A DNA stretch of 36,916 nucleotides from a virus (lineage: Duplodnaviria; Heunggongvirae; Uroviricota; Caudoviricetes): IMG/VR virus record IMGVR_UViG_2534681999_000017. The stretch is one strand, 5' to 3'. Shown here piece by piece: positions 17,405-26,370 of the stretch. The notes below the pieces were generated by a model. That model saw only the letters and a list, made by a program, of their open reading frames with translations. It was not told where the DNA came from and searched no databases. Numbering within the stretch: position 1 is the stretch's first letter; the number at the start of each line of letters is the position of its first letter. The position numbers and the translations under genes are program-made.

Positions 17405-17950
17405 GGAGGTATCCTTTAAAGGAGGGTTTAAGGCGTTATAAAGGTCATCCGCCGACAGTGCGGCGACAGGATTCATGCCGGTCAGACCGGGGTCACCGGT
17501 AATAGCCAGCATCCGAAGTTCGACAGGTTCGCCGGTGCTCTCGTCATAGCCAATCACCGGTGAAAACCAGGGGAATTCGTTATTACGCAGATGTTCAAGG
17601 GCCGGAGGGTTCCACTTCGGGCGCACCTCGAAACCTCGCTCTTCACTGAAGCGAAAATTCTCCGGTGAGGCCATCACAAAACCGGCAGCCGGTGCCGGAT
17701 GTCCCTCAATCAGGGTCTGGTGGTTGTAGTCAATTTTCACCGGCTGATTGAGCGCCACAACACGGGAGACCATGCGCTCAACGGCTGCATGGTTGATCAG
17801 CCAGCCTTCCGCCGGTTTTTCCGGGCGACCGTCACGGGCCTTTACCCGACCGGCTGGCATGATCTGACACCAGTCACCGTCCCCGTCTGCGGACAGGCTG
17901 ATGGCATTCAGAATGGCATAAGCAAGTTTGGGCGTGTTTTTCGTCTTCAT
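16826..17950 (-). CDS. Head maturation protease fused to scaffold (Mu I-like)
   Basis: 374 aa; N-terminal protease-like half and coiled-coil Ala/Leu/Thr-rich C-terminal half. Confidence 0.75.
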   Translation of the reverse strand: MKTKNTPKLAYAILNAISLSADGDGDWCQIMPAGRVKARDGRPEKPAEGWLINHAAVERMVSRVVALNQPVKIDYNHQTLIEGHPAPAAGFVMASPENFRFSEERGFEVRPKWNPPALEHLRNNEFPWFSPVIGYDESTGEPVELRMLAITGDPGLTGMNPVAALSADDLYNALNPPLKDTSMNEQLRQLLTALGLTVADGDEFTPELGTAALSALTGIKTRADAHDNLKTQVASLSAELETAKGTPAGGIIDLTKYVPVETYNALRTEYVALSAQHGSTTLEQVLDKAESEGRIFKSERGYLEQLGGQIGVAALSAQLDARQPVAALTSLQTDTVTVPDKKTATAALSAEDIAAAKLLGKTEAEFLKMKEEMQ

Positions 17951-18126
17951 TCCGGCAGCATAGGCCGGGAATTTTCAGGGCGGGTTTTGCGGGATTTCAG
18001 GAAGTGCTTCCAGGGGAAAAATACAAAGGCGCTTCACGCAGATTTTAAAGCCCGTTAAATACAGGTTAGAAAATCACGACACGCGCCTGAAGGGGGTAAG
18101 GTAATGCATTTGCATACCTTAAACAA
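17951..18126 (-). promoter_or_regulatory. Candidate late promoter region upstream of the I-like gene
   Basis: 176 bp gap in an otherwise tightly coupled operon, at the position of Mu P_I; contains CCTTACCCCCT and a TAAAAT element on the transcribed strand. Confidence 0.4.
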
Positions 18127-18600
18127 TTAAGGCGTTTCTGTGGCCTTTTTAAAGCGTTTTCTGATTTCGTCCATGATCTCCTGCTCTGCCACCTGATCAA
18201 AACCCATATACGGACGTGCACCAATGGCCGCCGGTCCAGGCGGCATACCTGGCAGGCCACCCCACTGATGAATGGCCGCATAAGGCTCATTTGATCCAAT
18301 CAGCGCCCAGGTATCGCCATAATCCGTGGTCAGGCGTCGGGCCAGATCGCCGTTCAGCGTCAGGATTTTGCCGGGCATGTTTCCCTTACGGGTACGCCAC
18401 TTGCGGTAAGGATCTGACCAGTCATGCCAGCGTTCGCCGTCCGGCTCTTTTTCCTGTTCAAACGCCATTTCTGACGATGACAGAAGGCTGGACGCCACAC
18501 TGCGGGCCAGGTCTTTTCCACCACCCACAAACTGAAGCCGGGCAAAGACCCGCTGGAGACGCGCAACGTCCACCACCACGGCTGCATCGATGGATGACAT
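18127..18600 (-). CDS. Virion morphogenesis protein (Mu G-like)
   Basis: 157 aa; AAGGAGG 6 nt upstream of the ATG at 18600. Confidence 0.7.
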   Translation of the reverse strand: MSSIDAAVVVDVARLQRVFARLQFVGGGKDLARSVASSLLSSSEMAFEQEKEPDGERWHDWSDPYRKWRTRKGNMPGKILTLNGDLARRLTTDYGDTWALIGSNEPYAAIHQWGGLPGMPPGPAAIGARPYMGFDQVAEQEIMDEIRKRFKKATETP

Positions 18601-18718
18601 GTTGCCTCCTTAAAACTATCTGATTAAAATAAATACAGGCCGGTGTACTCTTAACTGGTAAAGCGGCATAAACCCTCAGGGGTCATATGTTTATGCGGGT
18701 TCGACCCCCGTCACCGGC

Positions 18719-20044
18719 TTACAATTTACCTTCCAGTAGTTCCAGCTTTCCGCCCTCTATTGCTTTTTCAATATCAAATTTATTTACCCGGTAAGCATTA
18801 ATTACCACATCCAGCTTATCCGGCTGGCGCTTCACACCATAAGGCGCATTGACGGCAATCTTTGCCGTTCCGTCACGGGTTTCAGTGATGTAAAGCAGGT
18901 TCTGATGGACATGATCCCACAGCACGGCATCGGGGGCAGCCAGCATGGCGGGAAGCTGCGCGAAATCCTCCGGCGTCAGGGCGATACCGTCATTCTGATG
19001 TTTCACACTGTCCGCATGGAGCACATTTTTACCGCTCATCGCCAGCAGGCGGGCCGGTGGCGTTCCTGTCCGGCTTTCCACTGCCTGCGCAATACTTTCG
19101 GTCATAAAGCCCAGCGTGCGGATATCGTGACCACCGCGCCGGGTTTTCATGATATTTTTTGCCCAGATGCGGAACGCCAGCTGCCGCTCCGGGCTGTTGT
19201 TCATCTCCTGAACCACCATTTCCCGTAACGCCGGGCTTTTCACCTCGATCAGTTTACGGATCAGCGCCTGGTCTGTGCCGAACGCCGCCGAACCGGGGTT
19301 ATATGACCAGCCCACATCCGGTGTCATGGTTCTGGTGCCATCTGAATATGTGGTCACCGGCATTTCTCTGACTTCTCCGGTCTGTTTATCCACGCCAGCC
19401 TCAACATTGCGGGTGGAGAGATGATCCTCACCGGATGAAACGGATAACCCCATTGCATCCAGACGGGCCTGAGACAATGGCCGCACACGGCAGCGGCAGT
19501 TCCAGCCATTGGGTGGGTAGTGTGTTTTCCAGAACGGATCATCATAGCGGAATACCAGACCGTTAAGGGTGGAATGCGACGGGCGGGTACGGCTGTCCAT
19601 GACCGCCACATACTGCCAGAACGGATGCGTGTCCGTGTTGTTCATCATCTGCGTGTAACGCCCGGCATTGTAAGCCACGCGGGTGTTCACGTTGTAAATC
19701 AGCGCCAGACGGCGGGGACTGCCCAGCTGTACTTCTTCTGCGTTACCGGCGCTGTCCACCACAATCTGCTTCCCCCACCATCCCAGCTTTTGCAGGCGGG
19801 GTGTCAGTGTGCGGATAAATGCTTTCTGTGAAATCCCCTCATCAATGGCCCGTTGCACTTCCGCCTGTAGTGTGGTCAGTACGTCCAGGCGTGCCGCTTT
19901 TGCCGCCGTGAACGATCGGGCATGAACATCTGCGTCTGTTTCGAACCAGTTCCAGCTGATATGCGCCCCTTTGGCGCGGAAGTATGCCACCGCCTCTTTT
20001 GAGGGAAGGGTGGCGGCATAACCTAAATCAATCCCCTGTGCCAT
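18719..20044 (-). CDS. Minor head protein (Mu F-like)
   Basis: 441 aa, downstream of the portal gene; …HYPPNGWNCRCRVRPL… motif typical of the F/SPP1 gp7 family. Confidence 0.85.
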   Translation of the reverse strand: MAQGIDLGYAATLPSKEAVAYFRAKGAHISWNWFETDADVHARSFTAAKAARLDVLTTLQAEVQRAIDEGISQKAFIRTLTPRLQKLGWWGKQIVVDSAGNAEEVQLGSPRRLALIYNVNTRVAYNAGRYTQMMNNTDTHPFWQYVAVMDSRTRPSHSTLNGLVFRYDDPFWKTHYPPNGWNCRCRVRPLSQARLDAMGLSVSSGEDHLSTRNVEAGVDKQTGEVREMPVTTYSDGTRTMTPDVGWSYNPGSAAFGTDQALIRKLIEVKSPALREMVVQEMNNSPERQLAFRIWAKNIMKTRRGGHDIRTLGFMTESIAQAVESRTGTPPARLLAMSGKNVLHADSVKHQNDGIALTPEDFAQLPAMLAAPDAVLWDHVHQNLLYITETRDGTAKIAVNAPYGVKRQPDKLDVVINAYRVNKFDIEKAIEGGKLELLEGKL

Positions 20045-21626
20045 CCAGCATCCCCTTCATTTCCGCAGCAAACATGGCATCACTGAGCAGCGTCATCAGG
20101 CGGGAATCATCCATTTCACGGTAAAGGGCAGGCAGGTCTGCCAGCGCATCCGCCAGCCCCCGCGTTCTGATGGCATCAATGACCGGCTCCAGCAGCGGGT
20201 CGATAGCGTCCTGTAACCGGCGGGCAGGCACCGCATCCCCCATATCGTCCAGTTCATCACGGGGGCTGCTTTTCGCTTCCGGCAGTCGGGCTGACAGCGC
20301 CGTCTGCTCTGTCTTCTCCTGTTTTTCCGGTGGCATCTCTTTGTCTGTCTGAGCAGGTTCATTGCCACTCTGACGGACACGGAAGATGGCTTCACCGGGG
20401 GCAGGCTGTGGAATACCGGTCTGGTCCCGTACCCAGGGATCAGGAATATCCATCCCCGTACTGAGCTGCATCACCGCACTGGTGATTTTGGTGATATCCC
20501 CCGGCTCTTTTGTCTGGAAACAGATACGCGGCAGGCGACGGATATCTATGGCGTGGGCGGTGTTCAGGGCATACAGCGGATACACCAGATCGCGGTTCAG
20601 CGTGGCGGCCAGCTGACGTAAATCAGAATCCCTGATTTCCCGGCGCACCTCGTTATGCACCTCACCCAGTGAGCGCGCGCCTTTGTCTCCGGCTTCCGTG
20701 GTCAGCGTGCCGCCGAGGATAGCTTTGGAGATGGAACGCTCCCCCCACGAAATCATGGTTTCAAACGGATCGGCCTGACCGTTCGCGGCTACCTGAAACT
20801 CCAGCGACATCCCGGCCGGGATGATCCCGCCTGTACGTCGCCCGATATCCATCACCGCCCGCATCAGGGCGCTTTTCTGCTCCGATGTTGCCCCGGACGG
20901 GTATTTACCGACCTTCATCGGCAGGCCGTACACCTCCAGAAATTCAGCCAGATCGCGCACGGAATAGTTTTTGAAAATGAACGGCCAGATAAGCGTTCTG
21001 ACAAGCCCCGTCGCACCACCGTAACCGGTGCGTGAACGTGACTGATGCACTACCCAGCCAAAGGGCTGAAACGCCACCCCGGCATGGCTGCCGTCACGCA
21101 GCCGCAGTTCGCTCAAATCATCCGGGTTAAGGCAGAAATGCCCGCTGTCACGCCAGCGGATGGCGCGGATGATGTGCATTTTACCGAGCATCCCGTGCTC
21201 AATCTCCATGCAGGAATAGCCCTTCAGGATGGCATCCGTGGCGTCAAACAGCATGGCATCAAACCAGTCGGCGGAATGCAGATATTCGTCGAGCATTTCC
21301 GCGTCCTTTTTCTCATTCGCGCTGGCGTTCGGTGGCGGCTCAATACTCCAGGGCACGCTCTGAATGGCAAGACGTCGCTTGCCCAGCTCTGCAAAAAGGT
21401 GGGTATCCTTTTCTTCAATGTCAGCCGCCAGATCGGACTGGGCAATCAGATCGCCACGTTCAGCCCCGCGAAGGCACTGCGCCGCCCGGTTCGGGGTGAT
21501 ACCCGAGGCCGGATGTTCAATATAACGGCTGGCAATCTGCGGAATATCCAGCACGGCACTCTGCATCTCCGGGTCAAAGGAGAAAGGTTTTCCGTCAAGA
21601 TCAATTATGCGTCCCACTACCAGCAC
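20028..21626 (-). CDS. Portal protein (Mu H-like)
   Basis: 532 aa directly downstream of the terminase large subunit. Confidence 0.85.
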   Translation of the reverse strand: MLVVGRIIDLDGKPFSFDPEMQSAVLDIPQIASRYIEHPASGITPNRAAQCLRGAERGDLIAQSDLAADIEEKDTHLFAELGKRRLAIQSVPWSIEPPPNASANEKKDAEMLDEYLHSADWFDAMLFDATDAILKGYSCMEIEHGMLGKMHIIRAIRWRDSGHFCLNPDDLSELRLRDGSHAGVAFQPFGWVVHQSRSRTGYGGATGLVRTLIWPFIFKNYSVRDLAEFLEVYGLPMKVGKYPSGATSEQKSALMRAVMDIGRRTGGIIPAGMSLEFQVAANGQADPFETMISWGERSISKAILGGTLTTEAGDKGARSLGEVHNEVRREIRDSDLRQLAATLNRDLVYPLYALNTAHAIDIRRLPRICFQTKEPGDITKITSAVMQLSTGMDIPDPWVRDQTGIPQPAPGEAIFRVRQSGNEPAQTDKEMPPEKQEKTEQTALSARLPEAKSSPRDELDDMGDAVPARRLQDAIDPLLEPVIDAIRTRGLADALADLPALYREMDDSRLMTLLSDAMFAAEMKGMLDGTGD

Positions 21627-23281
21627 CCCCGATCAAATTCATGATATGCCTCATCGTCATCACGATAACCGCCCTCCATTGCCCGCGACCGCTCCGGCAG
21701 CGCCTGACAGGCTGATTCATCCAGGATGAAGCCCTCCATGTATGACGCCCGGTTTGCCATACAGAGCGCCACGGCAAAATCACCATGGCGGCGGGCGTTC
21801 ACAGCCGTTGCGTTCTGGTCCTTCGTACGCCCCTTGTCGATTTGCGGGATACCGTTCACCACCTTCACATGGCGCAAATCATCAAGCGTGGTCTGATGGC
21901 GGGCGACGAGGATATTCTGATCCTCAAACTCGGCCTTCAGTTTTGGCATCCACTCACCGTACCACTTCGGCGATAACATCACGCAGTCGATGATGTCCGG
22001 GCCAAAGGCCAGCAGCGCGGCTTCGGCCAGATAGCCGCCGTTACCGGTGGCGTCGAACGCCGCACCGACCAGCGCCGGAACGCGGGTCAGGATGTACATC
22101 ATCACCTGCTCCTGCTGGGCATACGGCAGGTTGCGCAGCTCCACGCGAAACACCTCGCGTTTTGCCAGGGATTCAGTGATTTCCAGCAGCACAAAGCAGG
22201 ACAGGTCACCGGTGCGGGCAAAGTCTTCCCCGAAGCTGAAGCGGGAACGGGGATTTAACGCCTCTAAAAGCGGTTTTAAATGTTCTTCACACCAGGTTAA
22301 AACTTCCGATTCACGCAGCCATGCGGCACGGCTGATGAAGTCGTCCGGGGCTTCAAACGTCAGAATCGGGATGTCGCGGAGCATCGCCATTTCAATAAGC
22401 GCGTGAGGAATATAGGCACCGCCGGATTTTTTCGGGATACAGCCGTATTCCTCGTCGGCATCCTCACGGGTCGGGGCGTTTTTGTAGAGATCATCACGCC
22501 ACTTCTGCTCGCTTTCCGGTGACCATTCGCGGCCGGTGACATAACAGATACGACGGTACAGCCCGTCCGCAATGGCATCATCCAGGGTAATGCGGTGGAC
22601 GCTGTAATCCTTGCGCCCTTCGCGGGCTTCCTGAATGTACTGATTAAACAGATTATCGACGCCGTTATGCGTGGAGATAATACGCACGCGCGCGCCCCAC
22701 ATGGTAAGCGCCATTGCCGCCTTGAGAAGCTCATCCAGTGACTCGTGGAACGCGGCTTCATCAATCACCACATCCCCCTGAAGGCCGCGCAGGTTTGACG
22801 GACGGGAAGACAGTGCCTGAATTTTGAATCCACTGTTCGGAAAGCGGATCATGTAGGTCAGAATTTCTTCTTTTTTATCCCGATCCCAGAAGGTCTGCTC
22901 ATACACATCAGCATCTGCCAGCTGGTTAAAGGCACGGGAGAACAGTGCACAGGCAGAAATATATTCCAGCGCCATCTCCTGCTTTGACCCCACATAAAAC
23001 ACATTGCGGCCACCACGCCGCTTCGGTTTTGCAGCGGTAATGACGTTACGCCCGGCTTCCGCCCAGGTAAGCCCGGTGCGGCGGGATTTTTCCGCGATGC
23101 AGACCTCGCTTTCATCCTCAAACCAGCGGGCCTGATAATCCAGAAACACCGGCATATCACCGGGCAAATCAAGGCTGTCCGGCACATCCACGCCCAGCAG
23201 GGCTTTTTCACCGGCCAGATCAATTTTGCGGGTGGAGACGGTATTCGTCAGTAAGGGTGAGAGTTCTTCGGCGTTATTCAT
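21617..23281 (-). CDS. Terminase large subunit (Mu gp28-like)
   Basis: 554 aa; ATPase-like N-terminal region and nuclease-like C-terminal region. Confidence 0.88.
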   Translation of the reverse strand: MNNAEELSPLLTNTVSTRKIDLAGEKALLGVDVPDSLDLPGDMPVFLDYQARWFEDESEVCIAEKSRRTGLTWAEAGRNVITAAKPKRRGGRNVFYVGSKQEMALEYISACALFSRAFNQLADADVYEQTFWDRDKKEEILTYMIRFPNSGFKIQALSSRPSNLRGLQGDVVIDEAAFHESLDELLKAAMALTMWGARVRIISTHNGVDNLFNQYIQEAREGRKDYSVHRITLDDAIADGLYRRICYVTGREWSPESEQKWRDDLYKNAPTREDADEEYGCIPKKSGGAYIPHALIEMAMLRDIPILTFEAPDDFISRAAWLRESEVLTWCEEHLKPLLEALNPRSRFSFGEDFARTGDLSCFVLLEITESLAKREVFRVELRNLPYAQQEQVMMYILTRVPALVGAAFDATGNGGYLAEAALLAFGPDIIDCVMLSPKWYGEWMPKLKAEFEDQNILVARHQTTLDDLRHVKVVNGIPQIDKGRTKDQNATAVNARRHGDFAVALCMANRASYMEGFILDESACQALPERSRAMEGGYRDDDEAYHEFDRGCW

Positions 23282-23862
23282 CAGGCTTTACCCAACAGAA
23301 TCCCCTTAATACGGGACTCAAGCTGTTCACTCATCCCGTCCACGCCGCGCAGCTCGTCGGTGACCGCGTTTGCCATCTCTTCAGCAAATGCGGCCCGGAT
23401 TTCTTTTTCACGCTTAATGCTGCGCTCGGCGGCACTTTCCGCACGCTGTGCTGACAGGAGGATGTCTTTGATGAGGCGCATATCCACGTCGCTGTCGCTG
23501 TTCAGAGATTCGGTCGCGGCACGCAGGCGGCGGTACATCAGGGCGCGGGACATTTCCAGAATCAGCGCTGTGGTTTCACCGGTCGGCTTGTCCCCCAGTT
23601 CGGCCATCATGGCTTTTGTCTGCTCGCGTAAATCACGCAGGTTACGGGCAATCAGCTCATTACGGGAGGCTTCCCGGCTGATGGCCGCCGGTGAAAGCTG
23701 CTGCTCTTCCGGCAGGCCCGCCTCACGGATCAGACGGTTGATTTCCTCACGGATCTGGACCTGCGTCAGACGTTTTTCACGCAGCATTTCCAGCAGCGGC
23801 TTACGGATGCTGTCGGGGAGCAAATCCACCTTGCGTACACGACCACGCGTCGGCTTGTCCAT
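23281..23862 (-). CDS. Terminase small subunit candidate (Mu gp27-like)
   Basis: 193 aa, basic helical N-terminus, immediately upstream of the large subunit with overlapping stop/start. Confidence 0.6.
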   Translation of the reverse strand: MDKPTRGRVRKVDLLPDSIRKPLLEMLREKRLTQVQIREEINRLIREAGLPEEQQLSPAAISREASRNELIARNLRDLREQTKAMMAELGDKPTGETTALILEMSRALMYRRLRAATESLNSDSDVDMRLIKDILLSAQRAESAAERSIKREKEIRAAFAEEMANAVTDELRGVDGMSEQLESRIKGILLGKA

Positions 23863-23864
23863 CG

Positions 23865-24155
23865 TTACCCCCTTGCGCGTGGTTTCTTCACACCCGGAAC
23901 GCAGACCCGGCCTTCCGCCACATCCTGCCCACGACCGGTCAGTTCCGCGATGAAATAACCGTTAATCAGAACGCGTTTGCGCACCAGTCCCTGCTCGGCA
24001 AGCCAGGCAATGTGGGTGTGAACGGTGTCGCGGGACACGCGGTGGCCGTAATCATCCAGACAGTCCTGGAGCACGGATTCACCCAGTTCACCGTTGTAAT
24101 CTGCCAGCGACCGCAGAATGACCAGACGCTGATCTTCAGTAATGAAATCACTCAT
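23865..24155 (-). CDS. Small DNA-binding-like protein (Mu gp26 position)
   Basis: 96 aa, syntenic. Confidence 0.45.
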   Translation of the reverse strand: MSDFITEDQRLVILRSLADYNGELGESVLQDCLDDYGHRVSRDTVHTHIAWLAEQGLVRKRVLINGYFIAELTGRGQDVAEGRVCVPGVKKPRARG

Positions 24156-24460
24156 TGCGTTTTTTTCCTTACAGCCTGCTCCAGCAGCAGTTCGTTCTGA
24201 TAGGAGACAGAGCGGAGCGTGGCGTTCGTGGTTTTCAGTTCACCCCGCAGGGTCACGATTTCCACATTCAGACGGTTGACCTCGGCTTCTGTCGGCAGTG
24301 ACGACAGGCGGGTTTCCACCTTCTCAACGCGGTCGGAGAGTTTTTCAAAGGCCTCGCGGGGGACAAACGTTTTGCGCATCAGCGCCATGAATATCCCGCC
24401 AGCGGTTGCCGTCGCCGAAAGGATCGGCACAACATAATCTTTAACGATGCTGACCCACAT
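24152..24460 (-). CDS. Membrane-anchored lysis accessory protein (Mu gp25 position)
   Basis: 102 aa, N-terminal TM helix VVPILSATATAGGIFMALM followed by a coiled coil. Confidence 0.5.
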   Translation of the reverse strand: MWVSIVKDYVVPILSATATAGGIFMALMRKTFVPREAFEKLSDRVEKVETRLSSLPTEAEVNRLNVEIVTLRGELKTTNATLRSVSYQNELLLEQAVRKKTQ

Positions 24461-24668
24461 GACGGGCCTCCATGATGTTCTGGCAGTTCACACAACGGAT
24501 GGCATCCGGCACAGCAACAAGACGTGCGGCGGGGATCTCTCCGCCACAGTCCGCGCAGACACGTCTGCCCGGCGTATCCACTGCCTGGCGCTTACGTGTC
24601 AGCCGGTTACAAAGGGCGCGTTCTGATCCCCGCTCCATCACAGCCTGAGCACGATCTGAATCATCCAT
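24441..24668 (-). CDS. TraR/DksA-family C4 zinc-finger protein
   Basis: 75 aa with CADCGGEIPAARLVAVPDAIRCVNCQ (CxxC-x17-CxxC). Confidence 0.7.
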   Translation of the reverse strand: MDDSDRAQAVMERGSERALCNRLTRKRQAVDTPGRRVCADCGGEIPAARLVAVPDAIRCVNCQNIMEARHVGQHR

Positions 24669-24677
24669 ACCTTTTCC

Positions 24678-25049
24678 TTACTTCGTTTTTCCTGCCGGAA
24701 CAGCAGGCGTTCCGGCCATATCAGTAAATTCATGTTGTCGCCGCGTCTCCAGACGACGAATACTGGCCTTGTCCACGTTGCAGTTCTTGATCACCGCCAG
24801 CAGTTGCAGGTTGTAAGTGACCGATGCCCCAAACGTGAACGGCTCCGGCGCAGGAGGGACCAGGCAGTCAGCCAGCCATTCAGCGGGGATCGGCACCGGC
24901 TTCACAGGCACGTATTTCACAGACGGCCCGGCGCACCCGATCAGCCACATCATCAGGAACAGGGGCAGAGGCCGCAGGCACTGCTGCCAGCGACCGGCGG
25001 ACAACGCTCTGCTGCCCCTCGCTGTGCTGAATGTTCTGTTGTTTTTCAT
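24678..25049 (-). CDS. Outer-membrane spanin (Rz1-like lipoprotein)
   Basis: ATG at 25049; LIGC lipobox followed by a Pro-rich periplasmic region VKYVPVKPVPIPAEW…PPAPEP; starts inside the i-spanin gene and ends 200 nt beyond it. Confidence 0.6.
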   Translation of the reverse strand: MKNNRTFSTARGSRALSAGRWQQCLRPLPLFLMMWLIGCAGPSVKYVPVKPVPIPAEWLADCLVPPAPEPFTFGASVTYNLQLLAVIKNCNVDKASIRRLETRRQHEFTDMAGTPAVPAGKTK

Positions 25050-25401
25050 TCGTGGCCGCCTCACTGATTTGTGAAATGAGTTGCAGGGTGTGCTGCTGAT
25101 TTGCCAGCACCTGACGCGCCTCATCCCGCTCACGCACAAGCACCTGATTATTGTCTTCAAGGCGCTGCGTCTTCTGGTGCATTCCCCATATAGCGGCAAC
25201 CAGTACAGCGATAATCCCCAGCGCCGCCATGCACGCCCCGGCAATCAGGGCCGGTAAGGCATTATTCACCGCAGCCACAGGACACCCCGTAACAGCAGTA
25301 CCGCACACAGCAGCGCTATCATGAGCGGTCGCCAGAAGCGGTTCAGACTTTCGGCAAGTCGTAGCGACATAACCATTCATCCGCCGAACGGCGGGCCTCA
25401 A
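24880..25401 (-). CDS. Inner-membrane spanin (Rz-like); true start probably a GTG near 25270-25300
   Basis: TM segment LPALIAGACMAALGIIAVLVAAIW then coiled-coil QRLEDNNQVLVRERDEARQVLANQQHTLQLISQI; the track start overlaps the endolysin 3' end. Confidence 0.6.
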   Translation of the reverse strand: MRPAVRRMNGYVATTCRKSEPLLATAHDSAAVCGTAVTGCPVAAVNNALPALIAGACMAALGIIAVLVAAIWGMHQKTQRLEDNNQVLVRERDEARQVLANQQHTLQLISQISEAATNEKQQNIQHSEGQQSVVRRSLAAVPAASAPVPDDVADRVRRAVCEIRACEAGADPR

Positions 25402-25843
25402 GGCCGGGGAGTTTCACCCCCTTTGAATAAATCCAGCGGATATACTGCTTACAGGACGCGGGCATCTGCCCGGCATTGATCAGGCGCAGAAGCGTGGAGT
25501 TGCGAAAGTTCGTTTCACCGGCCCAGAAGATCCACGAAGCCAGCGCCACCGTCTGACCACGGGTAAGCGGCACCTGAACACGCCGATCAATGGCCGCAAA
25601 GGCCCATTTCATGTCCTTTTCCAGTAGTTCCAGGCATTCTTCATCTGTCAGGGTCATACCCGGTTTCACATCCGGGCCGGTATGGCCGTAACAGATGGTG
25701 GGTGTACCGGTGGGATCGATATACGTGGAGTTTTCTTTCCCTTCCCAGTAACCGGTGTAATGCGTGGCAATCGTGAACGTCCCGGCACCGGCCAGAACAA
25801 GGGCAATCAGCTTTTTACGCAGTGGTGCGGGGAGTTTTGGCAT
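25343..25843 (-). CDS. lys: SAR endolysin, T4-lysozyme family
   Basis: N-terminal Gly/Ala-rich signal-anchor LIALVLAGAGTFTIATHY and catalytic spacing E-x8-D-x5-T in YWEGKENSTYIDPTGTPT. Confidence 0.85.
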   Translation of the reverse strand: MPKLPAPLRKKLIALVLAGAGTFTIATHYTGYWEGKENSTYIDPTGTPTICYGHTGPDVKPGMTLTDEECLELLEKDMKWAFAAIDRRVQVPLTRGQTVALASWIFWAGETNFRNSTLLRLINAGQMPASCKQYIRWIYSKGVKLPGLEARRSADEWLCRYDLPKV

Positions 25844-25844
25844 T

Positions 25845-25882
25845 GTTACGCTGTCTCATGATGTTCTCTGAGTCAGCGTAAC
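25845..25882. promoter_or_regulatory. 9-bp inverted repeat GTTACGCTG-N20-CAGCGTAAC directly upstream of the endolysin start
   Basis: Read directly; lies in the 71 bp gap between the Mor/C gene and lys, where a late promoter is expected. Confidence 0.4.
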
Positions 25883-25914
25883 GGTGAAGGAGAGGCGGCA
25901 GGCTTTGCGGAATA

Positions 25915-26340
25915 TCAGAAAAGTGGCGGTTGCGTTCTTGCCAGATGCAGACGGCGCTGTTCGCGTATGACGGTATAAATCTGGGTTTCTGACATCCGGT
26001 AATGGCGGCGAAGGGATTCAATTTTCTCGCCCCGGTCCCAGCGCGAAAATATCTCATTGTTTCGCAGCTCGGCAAAGAGAGATTCCCCGACCGGCAGGTA
26101 ATAACCCCGTCCGCCCATATAGGCTGCCTGAGCCGCAGCCACCTTGCGTGCCAGTTTACCGGCCAGTACCGGCTCAATCCCCTGACGCTGAAGTTCTGCG
26201 CCGGTGACTTCAACCAGTTCTGACAGGGTCCGCGGCCAGTTCTTTTTGAGAACATCATCAGGGATGTCATCAAGGCGGTCGATAAGGGCGTGCAGTTGCT
26301 CACTGTCACCACCAAACATGCTCATCTGAGTTTCTGCCAT
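25915..26340 (-). CDS. Mor/C-family transcriptional activator (sole family member in window)
   Basis: 141 aa, C-terminal HTH …YRMSETQIYTVIREQRRL… resembling Mu Mor/C as recalled; immediately upstream of the lysis and late genes. Confidence 0.75.
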   Translation of the reverse strand: MAETQMSMFGGDSEQLHALIDRLDDIPDDVLKKNWPRTLSELVEVTGAELQRQGIEPVLAGKLARKVAAAQAAYMGGRGYYLPVGESLFAELRNNEIFSRWDRGEKIESLRRHYRMSETQIYTVIREQRRLHLARTQPPLF

Positions 26341-26370
26341 ATCAGCCTCCGGTTCTCGCGTTCCCGGTAA

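Noticed and set aside
16401-17441. Plus-strand ORFs of 185, 187 and 126 aa (16401-16958, 16829-17392, 17061-17441)
   Set aside because: Antisense to the major head and protease/scaffold genes; the minus-strand genes have clear family signatures.
18116-18134. Short hairpin CCTTAA-ACAA-TTAAGG at the G gene stop as a terminator
   Set aside because: The stem is only 6 bp, AT-rich, and has no U-tract on the transcribed strand.
23360-23953. 197 aa plus-strand ORF
   Set aside because: Antisense to the terminase small-subunit-like gene; Arg/Ser-rich low-complexity translation.
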